Below are positions 50,960 to 63,105 of a stretch of 64,000 nt of DNA, piece after piece. The DNA comes from Lama guanicoe (lineage: Eukaryota). The translations under genes and the position numbers were made by a program. How positions within the stretch are numbered: position 1 is the first letter of the stretch; each line of letters starts with the position of its first letter. The stretch spans positions 8,031,095 through 8,095,094 of the forward strand of contig MU054391.1 in assembly GCA_013239625.1 (NCBI GenBank). Reading direction: 5' to 3'. The notes under the pieces were generated by a model. That model did not search any database, was not told the DNA's origin, and saw only the letters and a list, made by a program, of their open reading frames with translations.

Positions 50960-51465
50960 TTTCTTAAATATATTTGAGGTATACTTGATGAATAAAATTG
51001 CAATTACACTTAAAGTGCACCACGTGAGGATTTGATATATGTACACATTATGAAAGGATTCCCATCACTAAGTAGATTAACACCTCCATCACCTCTCCCA
51101 TTGACCATTTTTTTTTATTGTGAGAACAACATAAATTCTACTCTCTTACTTTCACTTATACAATACAATGTTATCAACCAAGTCAGCATGTTATACGTTA
51201 GGTCTCCAGACCTTATTCATCTCATGCATGAAAACTTATACCTTTTCACCATCTTCTTCCTATTTCTCCTACACATACCCCGACACTGGCCCCTGGCAAC
51301 CACCATTTTATTATCTATTTCTATGAGCTCAACTTTTTTTTTTTTTTTTAGATTGCACATACAGTATTTATTTTTCTGTCTGGCTTCTCTCACTTCATGC
51401 CCTATGGTTCGTCCATGTTGTCACAAATGGCAGGGTTTCCTTCTATTTCAAGGCTGAATAATATA
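50960..51465 (-). mobile_element. L1MA9/10-like 3' UTR
   Basis: ttgaggtatacttgatgaataaaattg...ttaacacctccatcacctc...tctccagaccttattcatc...cccctggcaaccaccatt...aaggctgaataata. Confidence 0.85.
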
Positions 51466-51489
51466 AAACTGTATAGACGGTAAACAACT

Positions 51490-51775
51490 TTAATGGATTT
51501 GTTTATTAGTTCTAATGGCTGTTTTGGCGGAGTCTTTGGGGTTTTCTGATACAGCATCATCAGAAAGTAGGGATGGTTTCCCTTCTTCCTTTTCTATTGG
51601 GATGCCTTTTATTTCCTTTTCTTGCCTAATTACTCTGGCTGGAGCTTCTAGTACTATGTTGAATAAAAGTGACGAGGGTGGGTGTCCTTGTCTTACTCCT
51701 AATCTTAGAGGAGCAGCTTTTAGCTTCTCACTATTGCGTAATCTTAGCTGCGGGCGTGTGATGAACACCTCGTAC
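51490..51775 (-). pseudogene. Decayed L1 ORF2 reverse-transcriptase fragment
   Basis: The [60 protein letters not shown] aligns by eye to L1 RT ([57 protein letters not shown]). The FADD motif has degenerated to LSDD. Confidence 0.92.
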
Positions 51776-52909
51776 TAATCCCTTAGCTCAATGAGTATCT
51801 GTTGAGATAAATCGAATTGGAAATTCTGGTAACAATGACTGATGTGCAAAGCACAGAGGTGGCATCAAGGATGGAGGGACACCTTATACTGAAGAAGGAA
51901 GAACTTTCAGGGAAGTCTCCCCAGAGTGAGCAGCCCCTGAGCTGAGTTCTGAGGGGAGGACCTGAGGGAACAAGTAATAAGAAGGAGGCTTCCCACCAAG
52001 AGCAATTCGACTCAGTCCAATCGACACCAGTGTTGTCTTTACCACATGGCCGGCACAGAACTCCTCGCTGGTTTAAATCAGTGAATGAGACCAAGCTGGG
52101 CACAAAAATATCAAACAAATTTCAACAATAGGCAGTTCAATAGGGAGTGAAAGATTGAAAAGCTTTTTAAATGCCTTGACCACTGTTCCTCACGTGTAAA
52201 ACATGAATCATAACAATAATGATAAAAATACCTAATTCACAGTGTTATGAGAAAGGTCAGGAAATAAGGTCCAGGAAAGAGATAATATACTTCAAAATTA
52301 TCTCTAAATACCAGTGCTTCACAGCCAGCAGAGGACAGCTCATTATCACAAGACTCATAATTCCCTTTAATTACACACCTCTTACATATAATACTCTTAA
52401 ATAAAACCAAGGAGGGGGAAGAAAATCATTGTGGGAGACACATGTTGGGCTCTGAGAGGAATCAGCAGGAAAATGAAATTATGAATCTAGCATAGGAAAC
52501 CGAAAGATGAAGGAGCTGATCTATTCCAGGGCTATTTTTAGCAAAAGTGGGAATCTCATTTAGGTAGTAATTAATTACAGGCACCCCCACATTTTCATTT
52601 GTTATGATTAACTTGGCTTGGGTGATCAATCTTGGATGTCAGCTCCAGAAGATAGGTGGAATTTTCAGCCTGAGATGGAAATTATTTCACTATTAATCAA
52701 TCCTTAGCAGTTCTCAGACGACAGTTTTTCCCTGTTACCTCGTCTTGCAGCTTGAATGGTAACCTGGACATTTCATGCCTATTTCACAGTAGCAAAAGGA
52801 AAACTATGAATTACTTCACAAAAGGGTAACCCAGTGCTGAGACTAAAGCAAAGAATCACTCCCTGGATTTTGGAATGAAAAAAAAAAAAAGAAAGAAGAA
52901 GAAGAAGCA

Positions 52910-53375
52910 AAGCTGATGCAATCATCTCTGGCTGCCTCTGCTGGCACTCTCCCCTATGGCTCACCTCCTTCCAGAAACACTGGCTTCCTTGCTCTTCTCC
53001 AATACATCAGGCATGCCCCTCCCTTGGATAGTTTGCATTTGCTGTTCCTTTGGCCCGGAATGCCATTCCTGCATACACCCTTTCTGTTTGCCAGGCCTTT
53101 CCTGGCCAAGCTGTTTAGAATAGAATGCCCCGCCTCCCTTTCCAGGACTTCCGGTGCTCCTCCCCGCCTTTATTTCCTCTCCTTAGCACTTAACACTTTC
53201 TGACAAGCTCTGTGACATCTCTTGTTATTGTTTATTGCCTGTCTCCTCCCAACAGTACACAAGTGTGTGAAGGCAGAGGCTCTGTCTACCTGTTTCCAGC
53301 TGCATCCCTAGACCCAGAGCAGAGCTTTCCACACAGAAGCCACCTGTCACGGAGTTTGTGTGTAAATGAACGTAT
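52910..53375 (+). mobile_element. L2 LINE 3' fragment
   Basis: acactggcttccttgctcttctccaatacatcaggcatgc...ttgcatttgctgttcctttggcccggaatgc...gaaggcagaggctctgtct. Confidence 0.85.
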
Positions 53376-54281
53376 GTAATGGGTTTATCACGCTGTTCAA
53401 AATACTTCAAGGTTGTAGAAATTAAACATCTTTGGGACCCTTCTGATATTCGGCGTGTCTGTAACTTGCTAAGAACACAAACACTTAAATGTGATTTCCA
53501 AGAGGTCATTATTTCAATTTTGGATGCTTCATTTTTTTACTCTAAAATTTAGGTTTGAGTTTAACATTCAAAATATCCCCAAAGAAAACACAATGTGGGG
53601 ATTGATGGATCAAAGAGAATTACTCTTTTATAACAGAATAAAAGGAAATAAGAGTCAGTTTACTCATCCATCAATTGGCACCTATCTTGGGGCACCTACC
53701 AAGGCTTCTGGAAGGTAGGCCTGAATCTGTGTATCCACACGGCTTATATTCTTTGGTTGCTCTGGAATAATGCTGAACAAGAGACACCACGAAGGAAATG
53801 CTATTGGAATCGGGAAGTCTGGTTTTTAGTATAATTGCTGCTATTAACTCTCTGAATGGTGTTAGTCAGGCACCCTTTCCTCTGACCCTCAGTGTCTCTC
53901 CCTCTTAAACAGGGGCAGAGGATGCTGAGGGCTAGAGGAACTCTGCATCCCTTCCCAACAGCAAAACGCTAGATTTTAAACCAAGAGGCAGAACAGAGCC
54001 AAGCACACAGCTGGCTCTCGATAAATGCTTCTTGGCGAGCAAGCCTGAACCCTTCCTTTATCCTAGTGGGGAATAGCTCCTGCAGCTGGTAAAAGATAAG
54101 CCTCTTTCCGCCCGCTGAGATGGAGCAGGTACCGTGTAATGAGGCGTAGATAACCCAGGAGGACCTGCACGAGTAGCCTGGATGGAGGAAGATGCCGAGA
54201 GGAAGCACAGACTCATCAGGTGCTTGCGGACGAACCCCCTGCTACTGGGAGTAGCCTTTAGGGGGCCTTGTAATGTGTCTC

Positions 54282-54300
54282 TGGCGCCACCTGGTGATGC
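54282..54300 (-). promoter_or_regulatory. CTCF core motif (reverse)
   Basis: Minus strand reads GCATCACCAGGTGGCGCCA. Confidence 0.6.
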
Positions 54301-54669
54301 TTCTCAGAATTTCCCTGCAGCTCCCCAGACTACAGCCATAGACTTTGTTCGGGAAAACACCCCTCAAAGGAAGGCGCATCTGGTGAGTCCAAGAAATCGG
54401 AAAGGTTCATTCATGTCGTGTTCGGGGAATGAGAGGGTAAGAAAGACTTTTTCTGTTATAAGAAATAAATGAAGAACAAGAGACCCAGGTGTCACATTTT
54501 AAAAAGCCTTCACATGGTGGCCAACCCTGAATCCAGCCAGCTGTAAATCTGAGACGTTCCCTGCCCGGTCAAAGCAGCTCAATCATTGGATGTGTTGTCG
54601 CCGGTTTTAATTCACAGCAGCAAACACTGGGAAGGGCTTCCTTCCAGACTGGGTGATGGTTAAAAGGCA

Positions 54670-55080
54670 GGGCCTGCACAGCGCTGTGTCCGGGCCGCCC
54701 GGCGCTCACGTTTGGATGCGCCTCTCACCCAGGAGTCGAACACGGACCCGAGGGCGGCGGTTCTCCCGTGAGAAGGGCGGGGGCTGTGCGCTTGTCACAA
54801 GTGAAAGCGACGCCCTGCGGCCGCATCGCTGAGGATCAGAAGTGCGGGAAGCTGACCCAAGGCGGAAGGAATCGGGGTGCGGCAGCGTGAGGCCCGTCGG
54901 CTCAGGTGTCCCCGGGACGGTGGCGGGGGGCACCTGCGGAGGTGGCAGGAGGGCCCCTCACGCCCTGACCCTAAATCAAGGGTCTGAGCTGACCGCTCAC
55001 GGTGGCGGGGGAGCTGGGAGATGGGGAACTCACGGGGCGGGAACTTCCGTGGACCCATTCAAAGGAAACGCTGCCGTTTC
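54670..55080. promoter_or_regulatory. CpG island / candidate promoter
   Basis: About 40 CpGs in ~400 bp by manual count; GC boxes (GGGCGG ~54775, GGGGCGGG ~55034), ETS-like GGCGGAAG (54861), E2F-like GCGGGAA. Confidence 0.7.
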
Positions 55081-56846
55081 ATTGAACCTCTATGACCTTA
55101 AATTCTGGGAGTCTCCCGCTGGAAAGCATTTCTATCACACCAGTGCTGACGTTTTCACCACTAGTCATCCTTGAGAGATAATTAGATAGCTAAGAAGTAG
55201 AGATACATATGCTTTGCCTGGAGTAAGTCAGACAGATGAAAGCATGGCCTTTTCCAGATTGGTGAATATTTCTGACGTTTCCTGTGAGTTTGGTTTCAGG
55301 GGAATCAATAAAGAGATTTAGGTGAGTGAAAATGGCAGTGCCCGTAATAAGTAGGACGGCAGAGAATCTGCTCATCGCCTTAAAGCGGGGATGATCTAGA
55401 TGTTTCCAACAGAATGAGTATACGTCAGATGCCAGAATTACCCTAGAGGAGTTAAAAAGATCAGTTATGTTCAGGGCTTTTCAAAAGCCAGCACAGATGA
55501 ATGAAAGGAAAAATCGTCAGCATTTTTAGATACTGTTCATCTTTGAATAGTGATAATTTTTGAATGCTCTGTGAAGAAGTAGGAATACATATTTTAAAAA
55601 TTCATTTAATGTTTCACATTTGTATGTTATTTTCACGTTTCCTAAACATGCTTTTAAAACATACAGTTTCCTGGAGAACATTCCAGATCTTCTTGAATCA
55701 GGGCAGCCTTTCCAGGTGAATTTTATCATCTGGCAATATGGGGAAGCACACTGGAGCTGCCTTCTCAAACTCCTCATCAGGTGGCTGGTAGTCATCCGCA
55801 CAAGTGAGTAAAGGGTGGCTCAGAGAGGCTGAGTGGCCCAGTCCCCAGAGAAGGTCCTGACTTTGGGATTCTAACCTAAGTCAATCTGTGTGTCTTCAAA
55901 TCCTCAGCCCTGCCCAGTAGTCCTCACTGCACTGCTGTAGTGATGGTTTTATAATAGTTATACTGGACCAGTGAAACGCAGGGAAGTTTAAGAGGTGGGT
56001 CCCTGACTACACGTCACAGGCAGGGCCGGGTCGCCCAGCATCAGAGGGCCTACGGACGGGTATGGGGGTGTCTGGCTGATGAGTGGGTTACAAAGGGAAG
56101 CCTGGATTCTGCTGATTGTCCCCAAAGCTGACCGTTAAAGGGGCGGAGGAAGAATGCCCAGGCCTGCCCTGTCCTGAATCAGAGAGCGTTCGTCAAGCTG
56201 GCCGCTGTCCTCAGCACACGTTCCTGGGCAGACGGGCTTTTTATAAACCACGTGATGAAACTGCACTGGTGCTATCTGACAATTGTGGACCTTTTCCAAT
56301 CAAGTATTTAATTAATTCTGGTTCAAGTTTTATCACTCCTGAGATCTCCAAGGAATTACCACATCTTTTAAAGATCACAATAGAACCAATTTAGAATGGG
56401 AATGCGTACACACAGAACGAGCAACGCAGAACGGATTTTCTTTAAGCAAACAGGAGACCAGTATGTCTCCACACTCTGTTGGGTTGTTGAGGAATGCAAT
56501 CCAGCATGTCCTGAAGATCACATAAAAACAGAGCTCTAAAGTGGATTAATCTGAATGTGACAGACCAAAAGTAGCGCGCCTTTTCTGGTATGGTTCTGAG
56601 AGGGAAGCTTCAGAGGTTTAAGAGCTGAATTCTGAGCAGGTGGCAGGTGACCAGGCTACTGAATTAACGATTAATTTTTAAATAAGAACATGATTTTGGA
56701 ACCGATCTGAGAGAAAAAACATGTTCAACTCTTGAGGCAATCACATTAGTGGACCAAAGGAATAGAGGACAATTTTTTCATTGTCTGGTATCATTTGATG
56801 ATATGTGTCTGAACTAGCTAGGTGATCAGAAATAGTGTTTCAATCA

Positions 56847-57125
56847 AATATATATGTATATATTTACTATATAGTATAGTATAATATATAATAATATATT
56901 TATAATATATAAAATATTGTAATAATACATTTATAGTATAATATATAATAATATATTATATTATAATATATAATAATACAATATATTATAATATATATTA
57001 ATATATAGTAAATGTATAATAATATATTATTATATATTATAATATAGTATGTTATAGTATAATATAATATAGTATAACATACTATAATATATACATACCA
57101 TTCTATATACTATATACCAGTATAT
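56847..57125. repeat. AT-rich low-complexity (TA-type) tract with internal inverted repeats
   Basis: Almost entirely A/T; 14-bp perfect inverted repeat 57043-57056 / 57073-57086. Confidence 0.9.
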
Positions 57126-57589
57126 TTACCTAACTGGTATGGCAGGTCAAATATTTTGGTTCTATAACTAAATAAATCCTAATTTTGCCAAATGGATCTC
57201 ATAGAAAAAAATTTTATTGGGTTATTTGGGCACCTGATTAAGTTCACATTAATCCAGCTTTAATTTACTATAATGTCCCCAAAGTACAGTAGTTATTGGG
57301 GTTTAAGTAGAATGAAAACAGAGAGGAGGCAGGAGCCCCGTGTGGACTTTTTTGAGGAAAATGTCTTTTAGATCTAGATTGTGGGCATCACCCAGATACA
57401 GAATGAGCTCTTGTGTTTTTTTCTGTGGAAGATGGGAGAGAGATGCGGGGCTCTTCAGAATCAGCGCATCCCAGCCTGGCTGGTCTGGCTGGGAGCACTG
57501 TGGTTTGCTCTGGCTTAATCTGTCTGACACTCACATATTCCATCACTAAAAACCCCAAGCCTGTGCCCAGCACGAATTGGGATATGGTA

Positions 57590-57790
57590 GAAGGTATGTG
57601 GACGCCAGCCCTGCGTGGATCTGATGCTCCGTTACACCGCTGATGGAAAGCTCTTAACCTCTCTGAATGCATCTCCTCCTCTGCAAAGTAGGGATAATGG
57701 GAACGGTTTCACTGGATTGTGGAGAGGATGAGGGATAATGTATATAATGCATCTCGCATGAGCATGACACATGGTGGGCACTCACTAGGT
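57590..57790 (+). mobile_element. MIR SINE
   Basis: cttaacctctctgaatgcatctcctcctctgcaaagtagggataat...ggattgtggagaggatgagggataatgtat. Confidence 0.75.
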
Positions 57791-58201
57791 CATCAGTCTC
57801 TCTCTCTCTCGCACACACTCCCAGCCTTGTTCCAAGAAAGCAACAGACGGTGACAAAGTTTTATTTTTCTATTCTGGTTGTCGTTGCCACAATTACAACA
57901 GTGTGTCCGGGTCAGACCACTAGTGTTTACTCGCTGTGCATCTATTTCCTCACAACTAAGGGAGTCAAGGAGGATGACTCATCTGGAAAAATAAGAAAAG
58001 CATGTGAAATATCACTCAGCCAGAGAGCATCTTTTGTCAGTGGAGATCTTAAAATTTTTATTATCTGTTCTTAATGAAGAAGTTCTAGGGTTGAGGTTTT
58101 TTTTTTTTTTTTATAATACTTCTTGGCTTCAATTTAAAAGCTTTTCCATTTAGAGACGTTTGTACGGTGTTAGCATGTGGGGCAATGTGTGGGAAGGTGC
58201 T

Positions 58202-58234
58202 TGCAATGCCAGCTCTAGGCTGCAGAGGGCGCTG
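58202..58234 (+). promoter_or_regulatory. CTCF-like motif with upstream module (forward)
   Basis: TGCAATGCC - 5 nt - TAGGCTGCAGAGGGCGCTG. The core is imperfect, but the upstream module spacing is canonical. Confidence 0.45.
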
Positions 58235-58867
58235 GCAGGTACCCACCCCGTATTAGCTGCCAACCGGGTTTCAAGTAAAAAGGGTAGTAGTCAACCTGCA
58301 ACCCCAGTGGAAGCTGGGGGTTTATTTAAATGTCAATTCCCCAGCCCTATTTCACTTTCCTTCTACTTTGTTGTTAGACACATTTTCTGTGATAGCCTAG
58401 CTCTGGGCAGTTCTCCTGGCCTCCTTGCCCTGGGTTAATGAAGACTTTGGGGTCTCTCTCCCATCTTTCCAGAACGAGGCTGTCCTTGCCGAGTCCCTGC
58501 TTGGACTTGGTTCCTGCTTCTGGCCGACCCTCCCTCGTAGACGCCCCCCGCCCCCCGGACTTTCCTTACGGCTCTAATTGTGACAGATCAGCTTCCTGGG
58601 AGACAGGTCCATTTTCTTCCTTGCTAACAGAAACCTGATTTTGTTCAGATATGAGGTGAACAGCAGGACATTAAAGGGAGGGAGGTCCCCCGTCCAGTCC
58701 TGATCTTTGTGCTTAGTGTCAGCCATGCGTGCGATCCCAGTTCCCTGAGCCAAACTAGGGATGGGGCGAGCTGGCTGATTAGTGGGATGTAAAGCTCCCT
58801 CTTCTGAGTCCTTCTTGTAGAGATTTTCTTTCTTCATAGACTGAAAAGTTGTGGGGGAAAGGGTTTT

Positions 58868-58888
58868 ACACACACACACACACACACA
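58868..58888. repeat. (CA)n microsatellite
   Basis: acacacacacacacacacaca. Confidence 0.9.
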
Positions 58889-59459
58889 TTGGTTTTTCTC
58901 TGCTGCCCCTTCCTTCCCCCCGTGAAGCTGTGGTACATCCACTGTTTTATGACCAGGAAGGAAAGACCAAGAGACCCAGAGATGCCCTTCAGCGCCTCCC
59001 ATCCGGACACTACGTAACAAGCCTGGAACCACCTTTCTCCACGCCTCTCTTAGGCACAGCATCAGTGGCCTCATTGGCTGCATGACTGATACTTGCATCA
59101 TCTCTTCCTGTGGCCGCAGCACACTCATGGTCACTGTGTCCTTCCCTTACTCTTTCCTGAGCTGTGGCTCCAAGCCCCCCCGAGGCTCCGGCCCGAGAGC
59201 GCACAGGGAGAGAATGAAGGGGAAGGAGAAAATGGACAGCAAATGGCCTTCTGCTGGGAGAAAAGTCCTGAAGGAAATGTTCCTTGTTTGTAATAGCATT
59301 TCATCCTCTACCTACACAAGACGTTGGTACCCGTAGTCCTATTTAAGAGGTTAGAAAGTGGAGGATTAGAGAGTTTAAGCAGTTTGCCAAATCTTCAGAA
59401 TTTGTAAGCCATGTGAGGTTTGCTTAGTTACAAGGTTTATATCTTATACATTTACAACT

Positions 59460-59740
59460 CAGCTCTGGGCGATAAGAATGAAATCTGAACACTACACGTG
59501 GTTTACAAGACCCTACACGATGCTATCTTTCATCACCCACTTCTATCAACAATTTTTACTTAAGATTCCTCAAATATTCAGAGTTCCTCTCCCTTCTGGA
59601 TCTTGGCCCATGCTGCTCCCTCTGTCTGGAATGTTCTTTCTGCTTTTTTCATCTGGATGAATCCTATTTCTCAGAACTGTGCTAAGACATCACTTTCTCT
59701 TGGAAGCATTCTCCAGTCTCCAGTCGGACATGATACCCGT
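59460..59740 (+). mobile_element. L2 fragment
   Basis: catgctgctccctctgtctggaatgttctt...gacatcactttctcttggaagcattctcc. Confidence 0.6.
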
Positions 59741-61574
59741 TATTTTTAAGTTGAACATTTATGTGCCTGTTCCTTGCACAGAGTGCCAGCATTTTGCGAG
59801 CTAAGATGTGATCACGCTCACTGCTGCCTTCCCTGAGCAGAGAGCGGACACTGGTGCTTCACGGGGTAGCAGTCCTCACCCATCCTTACCCATGGGAACA
59901 CATCCTGTTCAACCTGGGCTTCAACCCCACATAGCACAGCGTGTGTTCTAGGGCTTCGGCGGGGGGGAATTTATAATATCAAAAGCTCCACTGATGATTA
60001 TAATGCACATTCCTGGTGACAAGCCAGGATATTATACACCCAAAAGTTTTGTTGAGTAAACGCCCTGCCAGGTCCTTGATCGGTAAACAGAAAACTAAAA
60101 ATAAAAACGGAACAATAACGAAAAATGTTCAACGTTCTCCAACTAGTTCTAGAGACTAATTCAGTTTAGCCACAACATTGAAACCAAGTACATTGTTTAG
60201 AAATCCACAAAAAAAAAAAAAAGGAAAGGAACCAAAATATAAGTTAGCCAGGGTATCCACAGGGCATTCCAGCTCCTGAAGGTCATATGAGTGTTCCAAT
60301 ATCTGTCACCCAATTAGACAGTACAGGAATGAACTAGGTCAGTTTCCATATAAATTGCTACGATCCCTGATGAAGCATTCAAATTAGATATTTTTATCAC
60401 AATTTACAAAGAACTGATACTTTAAGAAAGAAAAGCAGTAAACTGAAATAAGACAGAGGATAAACTATTTGAAAACTGCATTTTATGTAAATGTAACTTT
60501 CCTATTTTTGATAACATCACTGCTGGAGTGTGCACATGTGTGTGCTCAATTCTCTATGAGCCGGAGTGCTTTTGGAGAAATAGGAGCTTAGAATGGAGAA
60601 AACAGGTCACTGGCAGATGTCTTGCCTCGGGACAGAGAACAAAGAGCAATTCCAGATGGCATCCTGGAGGTGGTAGAGGAAACTCACTAATAATTATAGA
60701 TTACAGGGGTACACATTATCTCTACTGAATATCCCAGCAGAACAGAGTCCTTGCATAAACTGTCAGAGATGGTGCTGATGATGTAAAATAAAAGAACTTA
60801 GATATACCTAAATAGAAAAAGCAAAGGAAAAAAAAAAAAGAGCTCTGAACCTGGAGACCAAGGGCTTTCTATTCACAGAGCTACAATTAGAAAAGAGAAA
60901 CATTATTATAAAGTTTACGTTAAAAGGTACATAAAAAGGGGGCTCCATTTTAAGGGGAATGTTATAGTCTTGAAGCAATATGAAAGGATAGAAAAAAAGA
61001 GGTTGAAGCAATCTCGTAGTGTAACCCTAACATACCTGTGTTCTGCAACAGACAGAAAACATGATTTGGAGTTACTGAGACTTTAGCCTGGATTTTCTAT
61101 ACCTACTGGGACATGATACTTAAAGCTTAATGTCCCAATTTGTGATGGTAACAATTATTAACTTTTTTTTTCAAAAATGAATAAAGTATCATAAGCAAAT
61201 TGCCTGAGACAGAATCTCAAAAAAGTCTTTAAAAAAATCACAATGATATCATACTCTGAACAGAGACAGAAGGCTGGAAAATAAATTCCCCCAAGTGAAA
61301 AACTGGTTTGATGTGGCCTTCGACATCGCTGCCACTGTCACAGCGTCTGGCCTGGGGGTTGGGAAGCACATCCTGAGAGGTCTCTGGTGTGAGAGGGCTT
61401 TCCCTGAGAGGCAGACATGGGCATTAGAATATATCACATACATGGTAATAATCTCTTCTTGTGCATAACACTTCCTGCTTTGGGGATAAATATTATTTTC
61501 TTCTGTCCTCTATTGTTCTTTCATACATAACCTCCAGCCCAAAGTTATAAATTTGGACACAGTAAAGGGCTGAA

Positions 61575-61890
61575 AAATGTAACCCACCATTAAGACAAAA
61601 AAATAGTCAATAGAAACAGGCCCAGAGATGGCCTCAATGTAAGAATTATCAGACAATGACTTTAAAACAACGGTGATAATTATATTAACAGCTTGGGAAA
61701 GGAAGACAACATGAATAAAGAGATGGGTGATTTCAGCAGATCCACGTCAATTAATAAAGTAAAAACACTCGAAATGGAAAAGACAATCAGAAGCCAGAAA
61801 TGAAGAACTCATTTGGTGGGTTGATGAACAGACTTCAAACATAAAATGAGAAAGTACCAGTAAATCTGAAGACAATCACCAAAAAAAAAA
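61575..61890 (+). mobile_element. Old L1ME ORF1-region fragment
   Basis: aatagaaacaggcccagagatg...gaattatcagacaatgactttaaaaca...gatttcagcaga...aaatgaagaactcatttggtgggtt. Confidence 0.7.
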
Positions 61891-61892
61891 AA

Positions 61893-62180
61893 AAAGGATC
61901 TTGAGATATTTGAACCCCCATGTTCATTTCAACATTAGGCACATAGTCAATTTATGTTTACAACCTAAATGACCACCAATGAATGAATGAATAAAGAAAT
62001 ATGTAATACACCTACAGCGGAATATTACTCAGCCTTAAAAGAAAAGGAAATCCTGACATTTGTGACAATATGGATGAACCTGGAGGACGTTATGCTAAGT
62101 GACATCAGTCAGTCACAGAAGGACAAATACTGCATGATTCCACTTACCTGACGTAACTAAAATATTCTGACTCAGAGACC
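61893..62180 (+). mobile_element. L1MA/MB ORF2-end fragment
   Basis: ggaatattactcagccttaaaagaaaaggaaatcctgacatttgtgacaatatggatgaacctggaggacgttatgctaagtga. Confidence 0.85.
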
Positions 62181-62379
62181 TACTTTGGATCCTGCTCTGC
62201 CCTCCCCACTACCATTATATCAATAATAAACCTTTTCATACCTTTCGGTGTGTATATGGTGTCATCAGTCTTGACATCTGAGCCAAAGGTTGGATGGGGG
62301 GTATCCATTCCATATCTCCAGTTTGCCTACAACACAAACAATAGCAGACGTCACCAAGCAGATACTGCAACTGGACACT

Positions 62380-63105
62380 CATACCTCCCCATGGAAACTG
62401 TGACACGGGTTGAGCACTAGGGAAAAACTTTTGGCCGTTTCTTGTAAAGTCAGACATGCAACTGCCTTCCTGCCCAGCATTTTGTCTCCTGGATGTTTTC
62501 CCAAGAGAAATAAAACAAGTACCCAAAGACTTGTCAAGAATGTTCCTAACGTCCCCAGACTGCAAACAGTCCAGCTGTTTGTCAACAATATAAACATACG
62601 TATGTACATGTATGACTGAGCTATTATGCTGTACACCAGAAATTGGCACAGCATTGTAAACTGACTATACTTCAATAAATTTTTTTAAAATTAAAAAATA
62701 AAATAAATAAAAGCAAGAAAACCCCAATATAATAGTTGAACAAATTGTGGTATCTTCATGGAACTGAATCCTAGTGGAAGGAGCCACACAACTACTGGGA
62801 TGAATCTAAAAAATATGCAGAGAGCAAAAACAAACAGGTCAAAAGAATACACATGGTACAACTTAGCTCATTTGAAGACCAAGACCAGGAGATGCAGAAG
62901 TCAGAAGTGATTGCCTCTTTTGGGAAGTAAGAAGCTGGAACTGTTTGGAAAGGGGCTCAAGGGAATTTCTGGTGTGGTGGACAAGTTCTATACCACATTT
63001 CCTTTGGAGGTTACCATGAGCACAGAAAATTGCAAAACTCATTCATCTGAACACTTAAGAGATGTACAGTTTTGTAGATACAGATTATACCTCAGTTTAA
63101 AACAG
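62380..63105 (+). mobile_element. Old L1ME/MC 3' fragment, interrupted by a young L1 tail
   Basis: cccagcattttgtctcctgg...cccaagagaaataaaa...aacaaattgtggtat...aaaactcattcatctgaacacttaaga...attatacctca. Confidence 0.75.
62594..62724 (+). mobile_element. Young 5'-truncated L1 3' tail with 8-bp TSD CAATATAA
   Basis: tatgactgagctattatgctgtacaccagaaattggcacagcattgtaaactgactatacttcaataaa + A-rich tail; CAATATAA at 62586-62593 and 62725-62732. Confidence 0.8.

Noticed and set aside
58574..59134. 186-aa minus-strand ORF
   Set aside because: Reads through a (CA)n microsatellite (CVCVCVC) and has no recognisable homology.
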